Assembly (NCBI GenBank): GCA_037968875.1
Contig: JBBKWI010000053.1
Location: 1,207 to 65,206 of the forward strand
Source: Candidatus Sericytochromatia bacterium
Lineage (GTDB): Bacteria; Cyanobacteriota; Sericytochromatia; UBA7694
Direction of reading: 5' to 3'
DNA: 64,000 bases
A program made the position numbers and the translations under genes. The notes below the pieces were generated by a model. The model saw only the letters and a list, made by a program, of their open reading frames with translations. It made no database searches and was not told where the DNA came from. Positions 55,956-64,000 of the stretch are shown here, in pieces; the first letter of the stretch is position 1, and each line of letters opens with the position of its first letter.

Positions 55956-57788
55956 ATGTGCGGCATTATTGGATATATTGGCTCAGCAGACGCTGTGGAT
56001 ATTCTTTTAGAAGGCTTACAACGCCTGGAGTATCGCGGTTATGATTCAGCAGGAATCGCAGTTCTGAATACGGGTCAAATTCAGATGTCTCGTGAAGTGG
56101 GTAAACTCAACAATCTGATCAAAAAACTGGCCTTAGAACCCCTATCCGGTTCGATTGGCATTGGGCACACACGCTGGGCTACCCATGGTCGCCCCACAGA
56201 ATATAACGCCCACCCCCATACAGATGGCGATCAGCAATTGGTAGTGGTACATAATGGCATTATCGAAAACTACCAGGCTCTCAAAGAGCGTCTGACAGCC
56301 TCAGGCCATCAATTCAAGTCTCAGACCGACACTGAAGTCATTGCCCACCTGATTCAATCACATTATAAAGGTGATCTGAAAGCTGCCGTCCTGGAAGCCA
56401 GTCAGGATCTAGAAGGCGCTTATGCACTCTGCGTGATGCACAAAGACCATCCCGATCACCTAATCGCAGTCAAAAAAAACAGCCCTTTATTACTCGGAGT
56501 CGGCCCCGACGCCAATTATATAGCCTCTGATGTGCCCGCCATTTTACGCCACACCCGCGAAATCATCTATCTGATGGACGACCAACTGGCTGTCGTCAGT
56601 CAAAATGAGATTCAGATTTGTGACCTGGCCGGTCAGCCCGTAGAGTACGAGATTGCCCATATTGATTGGAATATTGTGGCCGCAGAGAAAATGGGCTATG
56701 ACCATTTTATGCTCAAAGAAATCCATGAGCAACCCACGGCCTTTGCCCAGACCATTTCAGGCCGTGTCTCTGAAAGCGAACAACGCTTTTACTTAGAAGA
56801 AATGCAGATTTCAGACGAGCAACTCAAACAAATCGATCGTATTCAAATTATAGCTTGTGGAACCGCTTTTTATGCCGGTCTTAGTGGCAAATATATGATC
56901 GAAAAACTGGCACGCATCCCTGTTGAAGTCGCCCTCGCTTCTGAGTATCGTTATAGTGATCCCATTATCACCCCCAAAACCCTGGTGATAGCAATCTCCC
57001 AATCAGGGGAAACAGCCGACACCCTGGCGGCCATTCGTCTCGCCAAAGCGCAGGGAGCAATCACTTTGGGTGTAATCAATTCCAAAGGTTCCGCGATTAC
57101 CCGTGAGGTAGATGGCACCTTGTATATCCATGCTGGCCCTGAAATATCGGTCGCATCGACCAAAGCATATATGGCCATGCTAGCAGCTTTACAAGTTCTG
57201 GCTTTGCATCTGGCCTTTTTACATCAGCGGATTCAAAAAGAAGCTCTGGGCGAGTATATCCATCTGCTCAAAACCCTGCCGCGGATTATGGAAGAAACCT
57301 TAAAGTCGGTGGAGCCTCAGGTTCAGGAAATCGCAACTCATTTATTGCGTTATCATCACTGCCTCTATCTGGGTCGGGGAATCAACTTCCCCACCGCATT
57401 AGAGGGAGCGCTCAAGCTCAAAGAGCTCTCTTATGTACACGCTGAAGGTTACGCCGCTGGCGAGCTCAAACATGGCCCGATTGCACTAATTGACCCCCTG
57501 ATGCCAGTGATCGCCGTCGCCACACAAAGTGAAACCTACGATAAAATCTTTTCAAACCTGGAAGAAGTCAAAGCCCGAGACGGTAAAATTATAGCCATAG
57601 CAACGGAAGGCGACCAGCGAATTCAGGAAGTCGCAGAAGATGTGATTTTTGTGCCTGAAGTGCCTGAATTACTCTCACCGATGATCAATGTTTTACCCTT
57701 ACAATTACTGGCATACTATGTCGCCCTGCGACGAGGTTATGATGTCGATCAACCCCGTAATCTGGCAAAATCCGTAACGGTCGAGTAA
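55956..57788 (+). CDS. glmS: Glutamine--fructose-6-phosphate transaminase
   Basis: MCGI start, LEYRGYDSAG, GHTRWATHG, SQSGETADT, ELKHGP, PRNLAKSVTVE. Confidence 0.98.
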   Translation: MCGIIGYIGSADAVDILLEGLQRLEYRGYDSAGIAVLNTGQIQMSREVGKLNNLIKKLALEPLSGSIGIGHTRWATHGRPTEYNAHPHTDGDQQLVVVHNGIIENYQALKERLTASGHQFKSQTDTEVIAHLIQSHYKGDLKAAVLEASQDLEGAYALCVMHKDHPDHLIAVKKNSPLLLGVGPDANYIASDVPAILRHTREIIYLMDDQLAVVSQNEIQICDLAGQPVEYEIAHIDWNIVAAEKMGYDHFMLKEIHEQPTAFAQTISGRVSESEQRFYLEEMQISDEQLKQIDRIQIIACGTAFYAGLSGKYMIEKLARIPVEVALASEYRYSDPIITPKTLVIAISQSGETADTLAAIRLAKAQGAITLGVINSKGSAITREVDGTLYIHAGPEISVASTKAYMAMLAALQVLALHLAFLHQRIQKEALGEYIHLLKTLPRIMEETLKSVEPQVQEIATHLLRYHHCLYLGRGINFPTALEGALKLKELSYVHAEGYAAGELKHGPIALIDPLMPVIAVATQSETYDKIFSNLEEVKARDGKIIAIATEGDQRIQEVAEDVIFVPEVPELLSPMINVLPLQLLAYYVALRRGYDVDQPRNLAKSVTVE

Positions 57789-57790
57789 TT

Positions 57791-58309
57791 GTGCCTTTTT
57801 TAATTGCTGTCGCTATCTGGATCGGATTGTGCTGCAATCTTTCAGCTCAGGCTCAGGAGCAGGCTGAATTTAATTCTCGCTGGTATCTGGGCCCTGTTTA
57901 TCAAATGGATAGCTTAACGCTCCCTGGGGTTAGCAGCTCTACTACGGATCAGCTTTTCGGGCTTCAGGGGTTTCATCGCTTAAACCCTTATTTTGGCAGT
58001 AGTGGCAGCTTATTTTTCATTCCTGAAGACAGCAGTATTGCATTTCAATTGAATACGCGCTGGATTTGGCCCCTACCTTTTATCGAACCCTATGCTGGCG
58101 CCAATTTGCATTACCTAAGCCGAGATGGTGGCGGACTTTCCCTGGTTTTTCAGCCGGGTCTTCTCATCCAATTTGAAAAAACACCAGTGCTAATTGACAT
58201 CTATGCATTGGCTCGCTACGACCTGATTACAGCTGTTTTCAACAATCAGTATGCACCCGCAGCTCGCTTTGGCTTTGGGGCGACATTCATGTTTGAATTA
58301 CCTGAATAA
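57791..58309 (+). CDS. Small exported protein, probable outer-membrane beta-barrel
   Basis: Signal peptide AQA, PYAG strand, aromatic C-terminal strand. Confidence 0.55.
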   Translation: MPFLIAVAIWIGLCCNLSAQAQEQAEFNSRWYLGPVYQMDSLTLPGVSSSTTDQLFGLQGFHRLNPYFGSSGSLFFIPEDSSIAFQLNTRWIWPLPFIEPYAGANLHYLSRDGGGLSLVFQPGLLIQFEKTPVLIDIYALARYDLITAVFNNQYAPAARFGFGATFMFELPE

Positions 58310-58372
58310 ATAAACTAAATAATCGGCTCAATACTCTGGATTTGCCAATAAGTCTTGGCTTATCTTAGAATA

Positions 58373-58407
58373 AAGATCTTGCAAGATCTTACAATTGATA
58401 ATATACT
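58373..58407 (+). promoter_or_regulatory. Promoter with 18-bp perfect palindrome centred on the -35 box
   Basis: AAGATCTTGCAAGATCTT (58373-58390); TTGCAA(58379)-N17-TATACT(58402). Confidence 0.7.
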
Positions 58408-58456
58408 TTCAAACAATGATAGCAATGAATGATATTTCAAAGGATAAACGATACCA

Positions 58457-59347
58457 ATGGCAAAGCAAAGACTGAGTCCCGAAAAAAGAAAAAACAAATT
58501 AAGCGATTTCTTCAAGTCTAAACCCGATCAGGCTTTTCAAGTCAAAGAGCTAAAAGTACTCTTATCAAATAAAGATGAACCGACTTTAAGACGTGATCTA
58601 GATGATTTAGTCAAAGAAAACAGCTTAAAGAAAAGCAAAGATACCAGTGTCTATCCCAATCGCGCTTATTATCAAAACAGTAGTAAAAGCAAAAAGGCTG
58701 TAGCAGCTTCCAAAACAAGCGAAAGCCCCCCCGCTAAACAGTCAGCAGCAACCGCCAAAAAAGTAAAAGCGTCAAAAACAGGAACTAAAAAACCCACGAA
58801 TAAAACCAAGTTAAATCCTTCTAAAGCAGCTAGACCCACCATTGCTGAAGTTCAGACCTCGATTGCAGCAGCAAGTCAACCAGCCACTAGCAAAGCCGCA
58901 CCCAAAGCGAAAACCAAAAATAAACCGGCTAAAAAAATAGCAACCAAAAGCAATCCTCTGGGTAAACGCGCTGCAGCCCGTGAATTAGAAGCTCGCATTA
59001 TTGAGATGGTTAAAGCTCAGCCTGCGACCGTTTCTGAAATTACCACAACGCTCAACCGTCAGCGCCCTACCATTGTCAAAGCACTCGAGCGCCTGTCTGA
59101 AAACGGAACCCTAACACGTACCAGCGATAAACGCCCTTTTTACTATTCTATCGCCTCAGACAATGCCCTGAAGACACAAGTGCCCACGGCCGTAAGCCCT
59201 GCACCTGTAAAGGTCAGTTCAGCTCAGAATACAGCCAACTTATCTTTAGAAGAATCTCCCGGCGTGGCACAAGTCACCGTGAACGCAATCTTGGATCGCC
59301 TCCTGGCCTCAGAGCGCCGTCTCTGGGAACTTGAGCAAAAGAAATAA
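58457..59347 (+). CDS. DNA-binding protein: two winged-HTH domains joined by a Lys/Ala-rich linker
   Basis: V.EL......TLRRDL..L and ATVSEI...L...RPTI..AL.RL...G.L wHTH patterns; basic low-complexity middle. Confidence 0.7.
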   Translation: MAKQRLSPEKRKNKLSDFFKSKPDQAFQVKELKVLLSNKDEPTLRRDLDDLVKENSLKKSKDTSVYPNRAYYQNSSKSKKAVAASKTSESPPAKQSAATAKKVKASKTGTKKPTNKTKLNPSKAARPTIAEVQTSIAAASQPATSKAAPKAKTKNKPAKKIATKSNPLGKRAAARELEARIIEMVKAQPATVSEITTTLNRQRPTIVKALERLSENGTLTRTSDKRPFYYSIASDNALKTQVPTAVSPAPVKVSSAQNTANLSLEESPGVAQVTVNAILDRLLASERRLWELEQKK

Positions 59348-59353
59348 GCTGCG

Positions 59354-60370
59354 GTGAGATTTGCAGATCCAGCCTGGTTCGCGCTCTTTTTATTGATCCC
59401 TATTTACCTGGGGTTTAAATGGAAGCAGCGCGGGCGTCAACAAGGCTTGCCCTTTGCTCCCTGGACAGACTTAAAACAAGTCACAGGCCGCCCAGGGAGC
59501 CTTGTTATTTTTTATTTAATGCAGTTTGCTTTTTTTAGCTGTATCGTCTTTGCAATGGCACGGCCACAATCTGGGCGCGAAGAAGTCAAAACCACCCAAG
59601 AAGGCATAGATATCATGTTAGCTGTTGATACTTCAGCCAGCATGTTGGCTGAAGATTTTAGGCCTAATCGCTTAACCGCTGCCAAACGGGTACTCGAAAA
59701 CTTTATCAATAAGCAACAAAGCAATCGCCTGGGAGTGGTTGTTTTTGCAGGTCGCTCCTTTACGCTAATGCCCCTAAGCACAGACTACGCCCTGATCGCC
59801 GACTCAATCAAAGAAATACATCCCCAGATTGTCAAACGGGGAGGAACTGCCATTGGAGATGCTTTATCGAACGCTATTTATCGATTCCGCAAAGACAACA
59901 CAACTAGTCGGGCGATTATTTTATTGACCGATGGTGAAAACACGGTTGGCGAAACAGAACCTCTGGTCGCCGCCCAGATTGCACGCCAAAAGAATATCCG
60001 GGTGCATGTGATCGGAATCGGTAAGCCGGAAGGGGTTCCCGTTCCTGTGATTAACCCAGCCACTGGACGCCGAGAATATCTACGCGATGGACGAGGCAAT
60101 CTCTATCTGAGCAGAATTAATGAAGAAGATCTCAAAAAAATCGCCTCTTTAACTGGCGGGCTCTACTTTCGGGCTGACAATGAAAACAGCTTAACGGCAA
60201 TTTACGATCAGATCAATGCCATGGAAAAAACCCGTTTTGAAACACGCAAACGCACGATTTATTCAGAAAAAATGCACTGGTTTTTAATTCCTGGTTTACT
60301 CTTTTTCCTACTGGCTTTACTCTTGAGACTCAAACAAGGAGAGGTTCTTGAATTGCGCTCCGGAACTTAA
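59354..60370 (+). CDS. vWA domain membrane protein (BatA-like)
   Basis: MRFA.P, ARPQ, MIDAS DTSASM, GTAIGD, LTDGEN, TGG.YF.A, C-terminal TM. Confidence 0.9.
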   Translation: MRFADPAWFALFLLIPIYLGFKWKQRGRQQGLPFAPWTDLKQVTGRPGSLVIFYLMQFAFFSCIVFAMARPQSGREEVKTTQEGIDIMLAVDTSASMLAEDFRPNRLTAAKRVLENFINKQQSNRLGVVVFAGRSFTLMPLSTDYALIADSIKEIHPQIVKRGGTAIGDALSNAIYRFRKDNTTSRAIILLTDGENTVGETEPLVAAQIARQKNIRVHVIGIGKPEGVPVPVINPATGRREYLRDGRGNLYLSRINEEDLKKIASLTGGLYFRADNENSLTAIYDQINAMEKTRFETRKRTIYSEKMHWFLIPGLLFFLLALLLRLKQGEVLELRSGT

Positions 60371-60380
60371 ACTCAGCCTC

Positions 60381-61757
60381 TCACTCGATCCCCAGACTTT
60401 CTAAATCTTCTAAACGCCCTGTTTGCTTTAAAGGGGAGGCCTTCAGCAACTCAGAATGGCTCTGAACTGGCAAGCTTTCTAACTTTGAGAACCAGGCCTG
60501 TAATGCCAGCCAGGCCAGGTAATATTGGCCCCAGGGAACAAAGCGCCAAACCAGCGCTAATAATTGCTGAAGCTCAGGCCGAGAATAACGGCGAGAGGCA
60601 AATTCCCCCAATAAAAGCGCTCGACTCAACAGAGCCCCCTGAGCAAATATCATGCACAATAGAATCGGTAAGCCTAGCAGCGGCTTAAGCGCCGCCAAGA
60701 CCAGAGCAGCCATAACGGCCAGTAAAGTCAAAGCTGGCAGCAATAAATAACGCCAAAGTCTGCGCAGAGAGCGTTTCGGATTAAGCATCTGCCAGAGCTG
60801 TTTTTGAAGTTGTAAATAGCGTTTAAAGACTTTCACAAAATCGGCCTGGGTCTGAATACTCGGTTTCCAGGCCAGAGTATCAGGTAAAAATAAGATCTGC
60901 ATCTCCTGAGATCTTTGTCTTGCCAGCGCCTGCATTTCTTTGATTGTATTACTAACAAAATTCAGCTGATGGCCACGAAAGCCGCCCGCCTCGACCAGGC
61001 TTGCACGGCGAAAGAGAGCAAAGCGTGGGCTCAAATCCCCAAAGCCCTGTTTTTGACTGATTAACAAAGGAGCTAAAAATCGCTCCTGATGCTCAAACAA
61101 AACATCAATCTGGCCCCAGTAAGTGTCGGCCAAACGTGGATTGGGACCTATTTTCCAGTTGGGACTAGAACGAATTCGGCCACCCAAAGCCCAAATTTGT
61201 CCATTCTCTAAAAAGGCACGCCCAGCTTGTATCAGCACATTTTTTTCGGGATAAGTCTCACCCGATGCCACAGCCACCAACGGGGTCTGGCAAAAATTGA
61301 GCCCCGCATTAAAGGCATCCGGGAGAGAGGCTGTTTCTTTGTCGATCAGCCAAAGGGTTGGCATTTTCTCACTGTGATAGACTCCTTTGACCCGCTGAAT
61401 TGCCAATTGTGAAACCGGAAAGCGGGGCATCGGTCGCAATTGAAAGCGTTCCCTGAGAGCCAATAATTCTTGTGGCTGCTGACTATCAAAGATCAAAAGC
61501 AGTTCACGCTCAGGATAGTCCAATTGCATCCAGGCATCCAGTATATTGGGTTTAAGATGGCTCACAGGTAAAATAAGAGTCAAGGGCGGAAATGCTGCCC
61601 GATCGATTTGCTCTAAATGCCTTAAGGTTTTCAAGCGCCTGGCGTGGGTCTGCAGTAAACGCACCGCTTGCCAGGCCAAAAAATACTCCCAGCAGAGCGC
61701 CAGGGCATACAAAAACAAGATACTTAACAGACCAGGCAATAGCACGGAGTTTGTCAT
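60381..61757 (-). CDS. GT2-like membrane glycosyltransferase homolog, catalytic motifs degenerate
   Basis: LDYP..E, L..IDK, DA.NAGLN...P, F.LFR...LVE.GG scaffold present; DxD, ED and QxxRW absent. Confidence 0.65.
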   Translation of the reverse strand: MTNSVLLPGLLSILFLYALALCWEYFLAWQAVRLLQTHARRLKTLRHLEQIDRAAFPPLTLILPVSHLKPNILDAWMQLDYPERELLLIFDSQQPQELLALRERFQLRPMPRFPVSQLAIQRVKGVYHSEKMPTLWLIDKETASLPDAFNAGLNFCQTPLVAVASGETYPEKNVLIQAGRAFLENGQIWALGGRIRSSPNWKIGPNPRLADTYWGQIDVLFEHQERFLAPLLISQKQGFGDLSPRFALFRRASLVEAGGFRGHQLNFVSNTIKEMQALARQRSQEMQILFLPDTLAWKPSIQTQADFVKVFKRYLQLQKQLWQMLNPKRSLRRLWRYLLLPALTLLAVMAALVLAALKPLLGLPILLCMIFAQGALLSRALLLGEFASRRYSRPELQQLLALVWRFVPWGQYYLAWLALQAWFSKLESLPVQSHSELLKASPLKQTGRLEDLESLGIE

Positions 61758-61836
61758 TCCTTCAGCATAGGCAATCTCTGACCCAAGCGCAAGATTGACT
61801 GCGTTATAATACCCTTAAAACAGCAAATAAAAGAGC

Positions 61837-63069
61837 ATGATTATGAATGACCCCACCCAGACTTGGCAACAGCTCAGACGTTTTGAGCAACGAGGTGATC
61901 TGCAAAAACAAGCCCAGCTCTTACAAACAGCACTCGCAAAACATTTGGCGCCCCATATTATCCAAGAAGTACTGGGCATGGCCCTGGAGCGGGCCAGCCT
62001 TTATCAACAAAAACATCCCAACCCCTATTTTTGCTTGCAAAAAAATCCGCCCGCCCTTTTACAAGGCAGCCCCGCCGCACCCGATCAATCCAGCTGTCTA
62101 ATGCCAAGAGAAGCCAAATCACAAGCCTACACACATATCAGCTGGTCTGAGATCGGTAAAGTAGATTTGCAATTGGTCGATGTTAAAAAAGAGAAGCTCT
62201 TACTCTTAAGCACATTTGAAAACCTCAGCCCCCAACAAACAGGTCTCAGCGTCAATAAAGCCTATGCTTATGCTGAAGTGGCTGTTGGTACGCCATTAAT
62301 GTCTGCTTTTTGCAATAATTTAAAGCACTCAAAAATGCCATTAGAAACTGTTCATAGCCTACCCTTAGACTTATTTATTTCAGCTCAACATCCTGTGATT
62401 GCAGTGGCCGATCGCGGTGCAGGTAAATTACATTTGATACAACGGCAAACGATGAAGCTACAACGATCCTGGCCGATTGTTTCTGCGCCCAATAAAAAAG
62501 CTTTATCCGTCGCCTTTCACCCGGATCGCAAACGGATCTTTGTGACGGCCAATCAAGCAGGTCTATTGGTAATAGTAGACCGCGGAATTGCTCAGAAAAA
62601 ACTGCCTTTGCCTGACAGCCACTTACTCAGCCAGGTTCGTATTAGTCAAAAAGGGATCATTTATATTTTGGCTATCGATCCCCAGACCCGACGGCCAGAT
62701 CTCTGGGTCTTAGACAGTCAAGGCCAAAAACAGGAGGTCTGGCCTTTAGAAGGAGAAGCCTTTAGCGCAGGTGCAGATGCCCATGATTTGTTTGAACTCA
62801 GCCCAGATGGAGGCTATGCTGTGGTGATGGTCGCTCGCAATCAACCGGCCTTGTTCACCCCCTGTTTGCTCTTGATTGAGCTCAAAACAGGTAAGATCGT
62901 CGATCAAATCAGTTTAGACCCCAATCGAAAACCCGTCAATCTGGCCTTTCCAGCCCGCCAATTGGTCGATCCCCGCTTTAAGCTCTTGCCCATTTTGCGG
63001 CACGGGGGCTATGGCCTCAACGACGAGATCCTGCGTGATGTCTTTGGTGTGGACAGCCTGGAAGCATGA
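61837..63069 (+). CDS. Hypothetical protein with C-terminal beta-propeller-like repeats
   Basis: VAFHPD.KRIFV, LSPDG.Y, I.L.TGKI...I.L...P blade-like motifs. Confidence 0.6.
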   Translation: MIMNDPTQTWQQLRRFEQRGDLQKQAQLLQTALAKHLAPHIIQEVLGMALERASLYQQKHPNPYFCLQKNPPALLQGSPAAPDQSSCLMPREAKSQAYTHISWSEIGKVDLQLVDVKKEKLLLLSTFENLSPQQTGLSVNKAYAYAEVAVGTPLMSAFCNNLKHSKMPLETVHSLPLDLFISAQHPVIAVADRGAGKLHLIQRQTMKLQRSWPIVSAPNKKALSVAFHPDRKRIFVTANQAGLLVIVDRGIAQKKLPLPDSHLLSQVRISQKGIIYILAIDPQTRRPDLWVLDSQGQKQEVWPLEGEAFSAGADAHDLFELSPDGGYAVVMVARNQPALFTPCLLLIELKTGKIVDQISLDPNRKPVNLAFPARQLVDPRFKLLPILRHGGYGLNDEILRDVFGVDSLEA

Positions 63070-63353
63070 TCCAAACTTATGTGATTGGCTCTGACTGTAT
63101 TGAAGTTCAGGATGCTCGCTGCCTGACCGTTTGCCCAGTAGACTGTATTTATACTCACCCGGACGAAAAGCAATACTTTATCCACCCGGATGAATGCATC
63201 GACTGTGGTTCCTGTGAAATGGTCTGCCCTGTGCAGGCCATTTTTCGTTTAGAAGATGTGCCCAAAACAGAAGAAAGCGCGATTGAAGTCAATCGCGCTT
63301 TCTTTGAGATTCATCCTGATTTCAGAGATTATCACCAGAGTTCCTGGTCATAA
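63066..63353 (+). CDS. Dicluster (7Fe-type) ferredoxin
   Basis: YVI...C......C...CPVDCI and I.PDECIDCG.C...CPV.AI. Confidence 0.92.
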   Translation: MIQTYVIGSDCIEVQDARCLTVCPVDCIYTHPDEKQYFIHPDECIDCGSCEMVCPVQAIFRLEDVPKTEESAIEVNRAFFEIHPDFRDYHQSSWS

Positions 63354-63363
63354 TCTCAGGGCC

Positions 63364-64000
63364 TTAAGCCGGCTTATTTTCGCTGTCCTGTTCCTGGAGC
63401 AAAGATTCGCTGGCATCAATCGCTGCACTTGCTTCGAGATCAGCATCACTTAAGTCTTGCTCTAAGTGATCCAAAGCTTGCTCGGTTTCCTGCTCAATGT
63501 CCATTGACTGAGAAATCACCTGAAGCTCATTGCCCTCTGAATCAACTTCAATGATCGCGCCTTGCTCAATCAATTGCGCCAACAACTCAGGTGAAATTTG
63601 ATCCGGCATCAGCATATCCATATCCATATCCATTGGCGGCATTTGCATTTGCGGCATGCCGTAGTCCATTTGTAAATGGAATAAGTTAGTCACCACTTCA
63701 AAGCGGATATTATTCATCATTTCCTGGAAGAGCTCACGTGCCTCTCGCTTATACTCGATCAGCGGATCTTTCTGGCCATAGGCGCGCAAGCCAATGCCTT
63801 CACGCATAGCGTCCATCTCGTGCAGATGGTCGATCCACTTTTGGTCGATGACGCGCAAAATAACCATGCGCTCCATATCCCGCAGCATCTCTGCGCCCAG
63901 AATGCTTTCTTTGGCTTCGTAAGCATTGCTAGACTGTTCTTTCAAGAAAACACCCAGGCCTTCAAGCGGCAAGCGCAATTCGCGAACTTCTAAGGCGCTC
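63364..64000 (-). CDS. secA: Preprotein translocase SecA, C-terminal part (truncated by window edge)
   Basis: ID.KW..HL..MD..R.GIGLR.YGQKDPL.EYK.E. Confidence 0.93.
   Translation of the reverse strand, partial: SALEVRELRLPLEGLGVFLKEQSSNAYEAKESILGAEMLRDMERMVILRVIDQKWIDHLHEMDAMREGIGLRAYGQKDPLIEYKREARELFQEMMNNIRFEVVTNLFHLQMDYGMPQMQMPPMDMDMDMLMPDQISPELLAQLIEQGAIIEVDSEGNELQVISQSMDIEQETEQALDHLEQDLSDADLEASAAIDASESLLQEQDSENKPA

Noticed and set aside
57750..57830. Tn7 insertion at the attTn7-like glmS 3' end
   Set aside because: The next ORF starts 2 nt after the stop; no Tn7 end or tns genes, so the site appears empty
230..63453. Numerous short alternative-frame and antisense ORFs in the supplied track
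   Set aside because: They lie inside well-supported genes and lack motifs; treated as shadow ORFs
1..64000. CRISPR array, integrase or transposase
   Set aside because: No regularly spaced nucleotide repeats and no recombinase or transposase motifs seen; the repeats found are protein-level

Overview
Gene-dense bacterial chromosomal window with about 50 CDS, one tRNA-Ser(GGA), no CRISPR array and no recognisable integrase or transposase. The host is diderm and flagellated (TolC, beta-barrels, lipoproteins, fliD). Gene content and protein style tentatively suggest a non-photosynthetic cyanobacterial relative such as Sericytochromatia; this is inference only. Recognisable genes are fliD, oxyR, secF, recQ, bdhA, glmS and the 3' end of secA. 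The most interesting locus is a two-gene operon (32094-37664): a zinc-ribbon/class III cyclase/STAND ATPase/TPR sensor followed by a PilB/GspE-family protein. In the latter, a cyclic-nucleotide-binding domain sits where the c-di-GMP-binding MshEN motif usually is, and most catalytic ATPase residues are eroded. It is a candidate cNMP-gated pseudo-ATPase controlling pili or secretion. Other notable items are an EVE-McrB/McrC-like type IV restriction pair; an RND-TolC cluster carrying a six-repeat Ig-like lipoprotein and an extra beta-barrel; a structured glmS leader with an anti-SD hairpin and a uORF; two orphan genes with sigma28-like promoters, one a papain-like protease; a thioester-less alpha-2-macroglobulin-like protein with a TM bundle; a beta-helix-FKBP fusion; a dual-wHTH histone-like protein; and several apparent pseudoenzymes. 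All calls come from motif reading by eye; no database searches were run.
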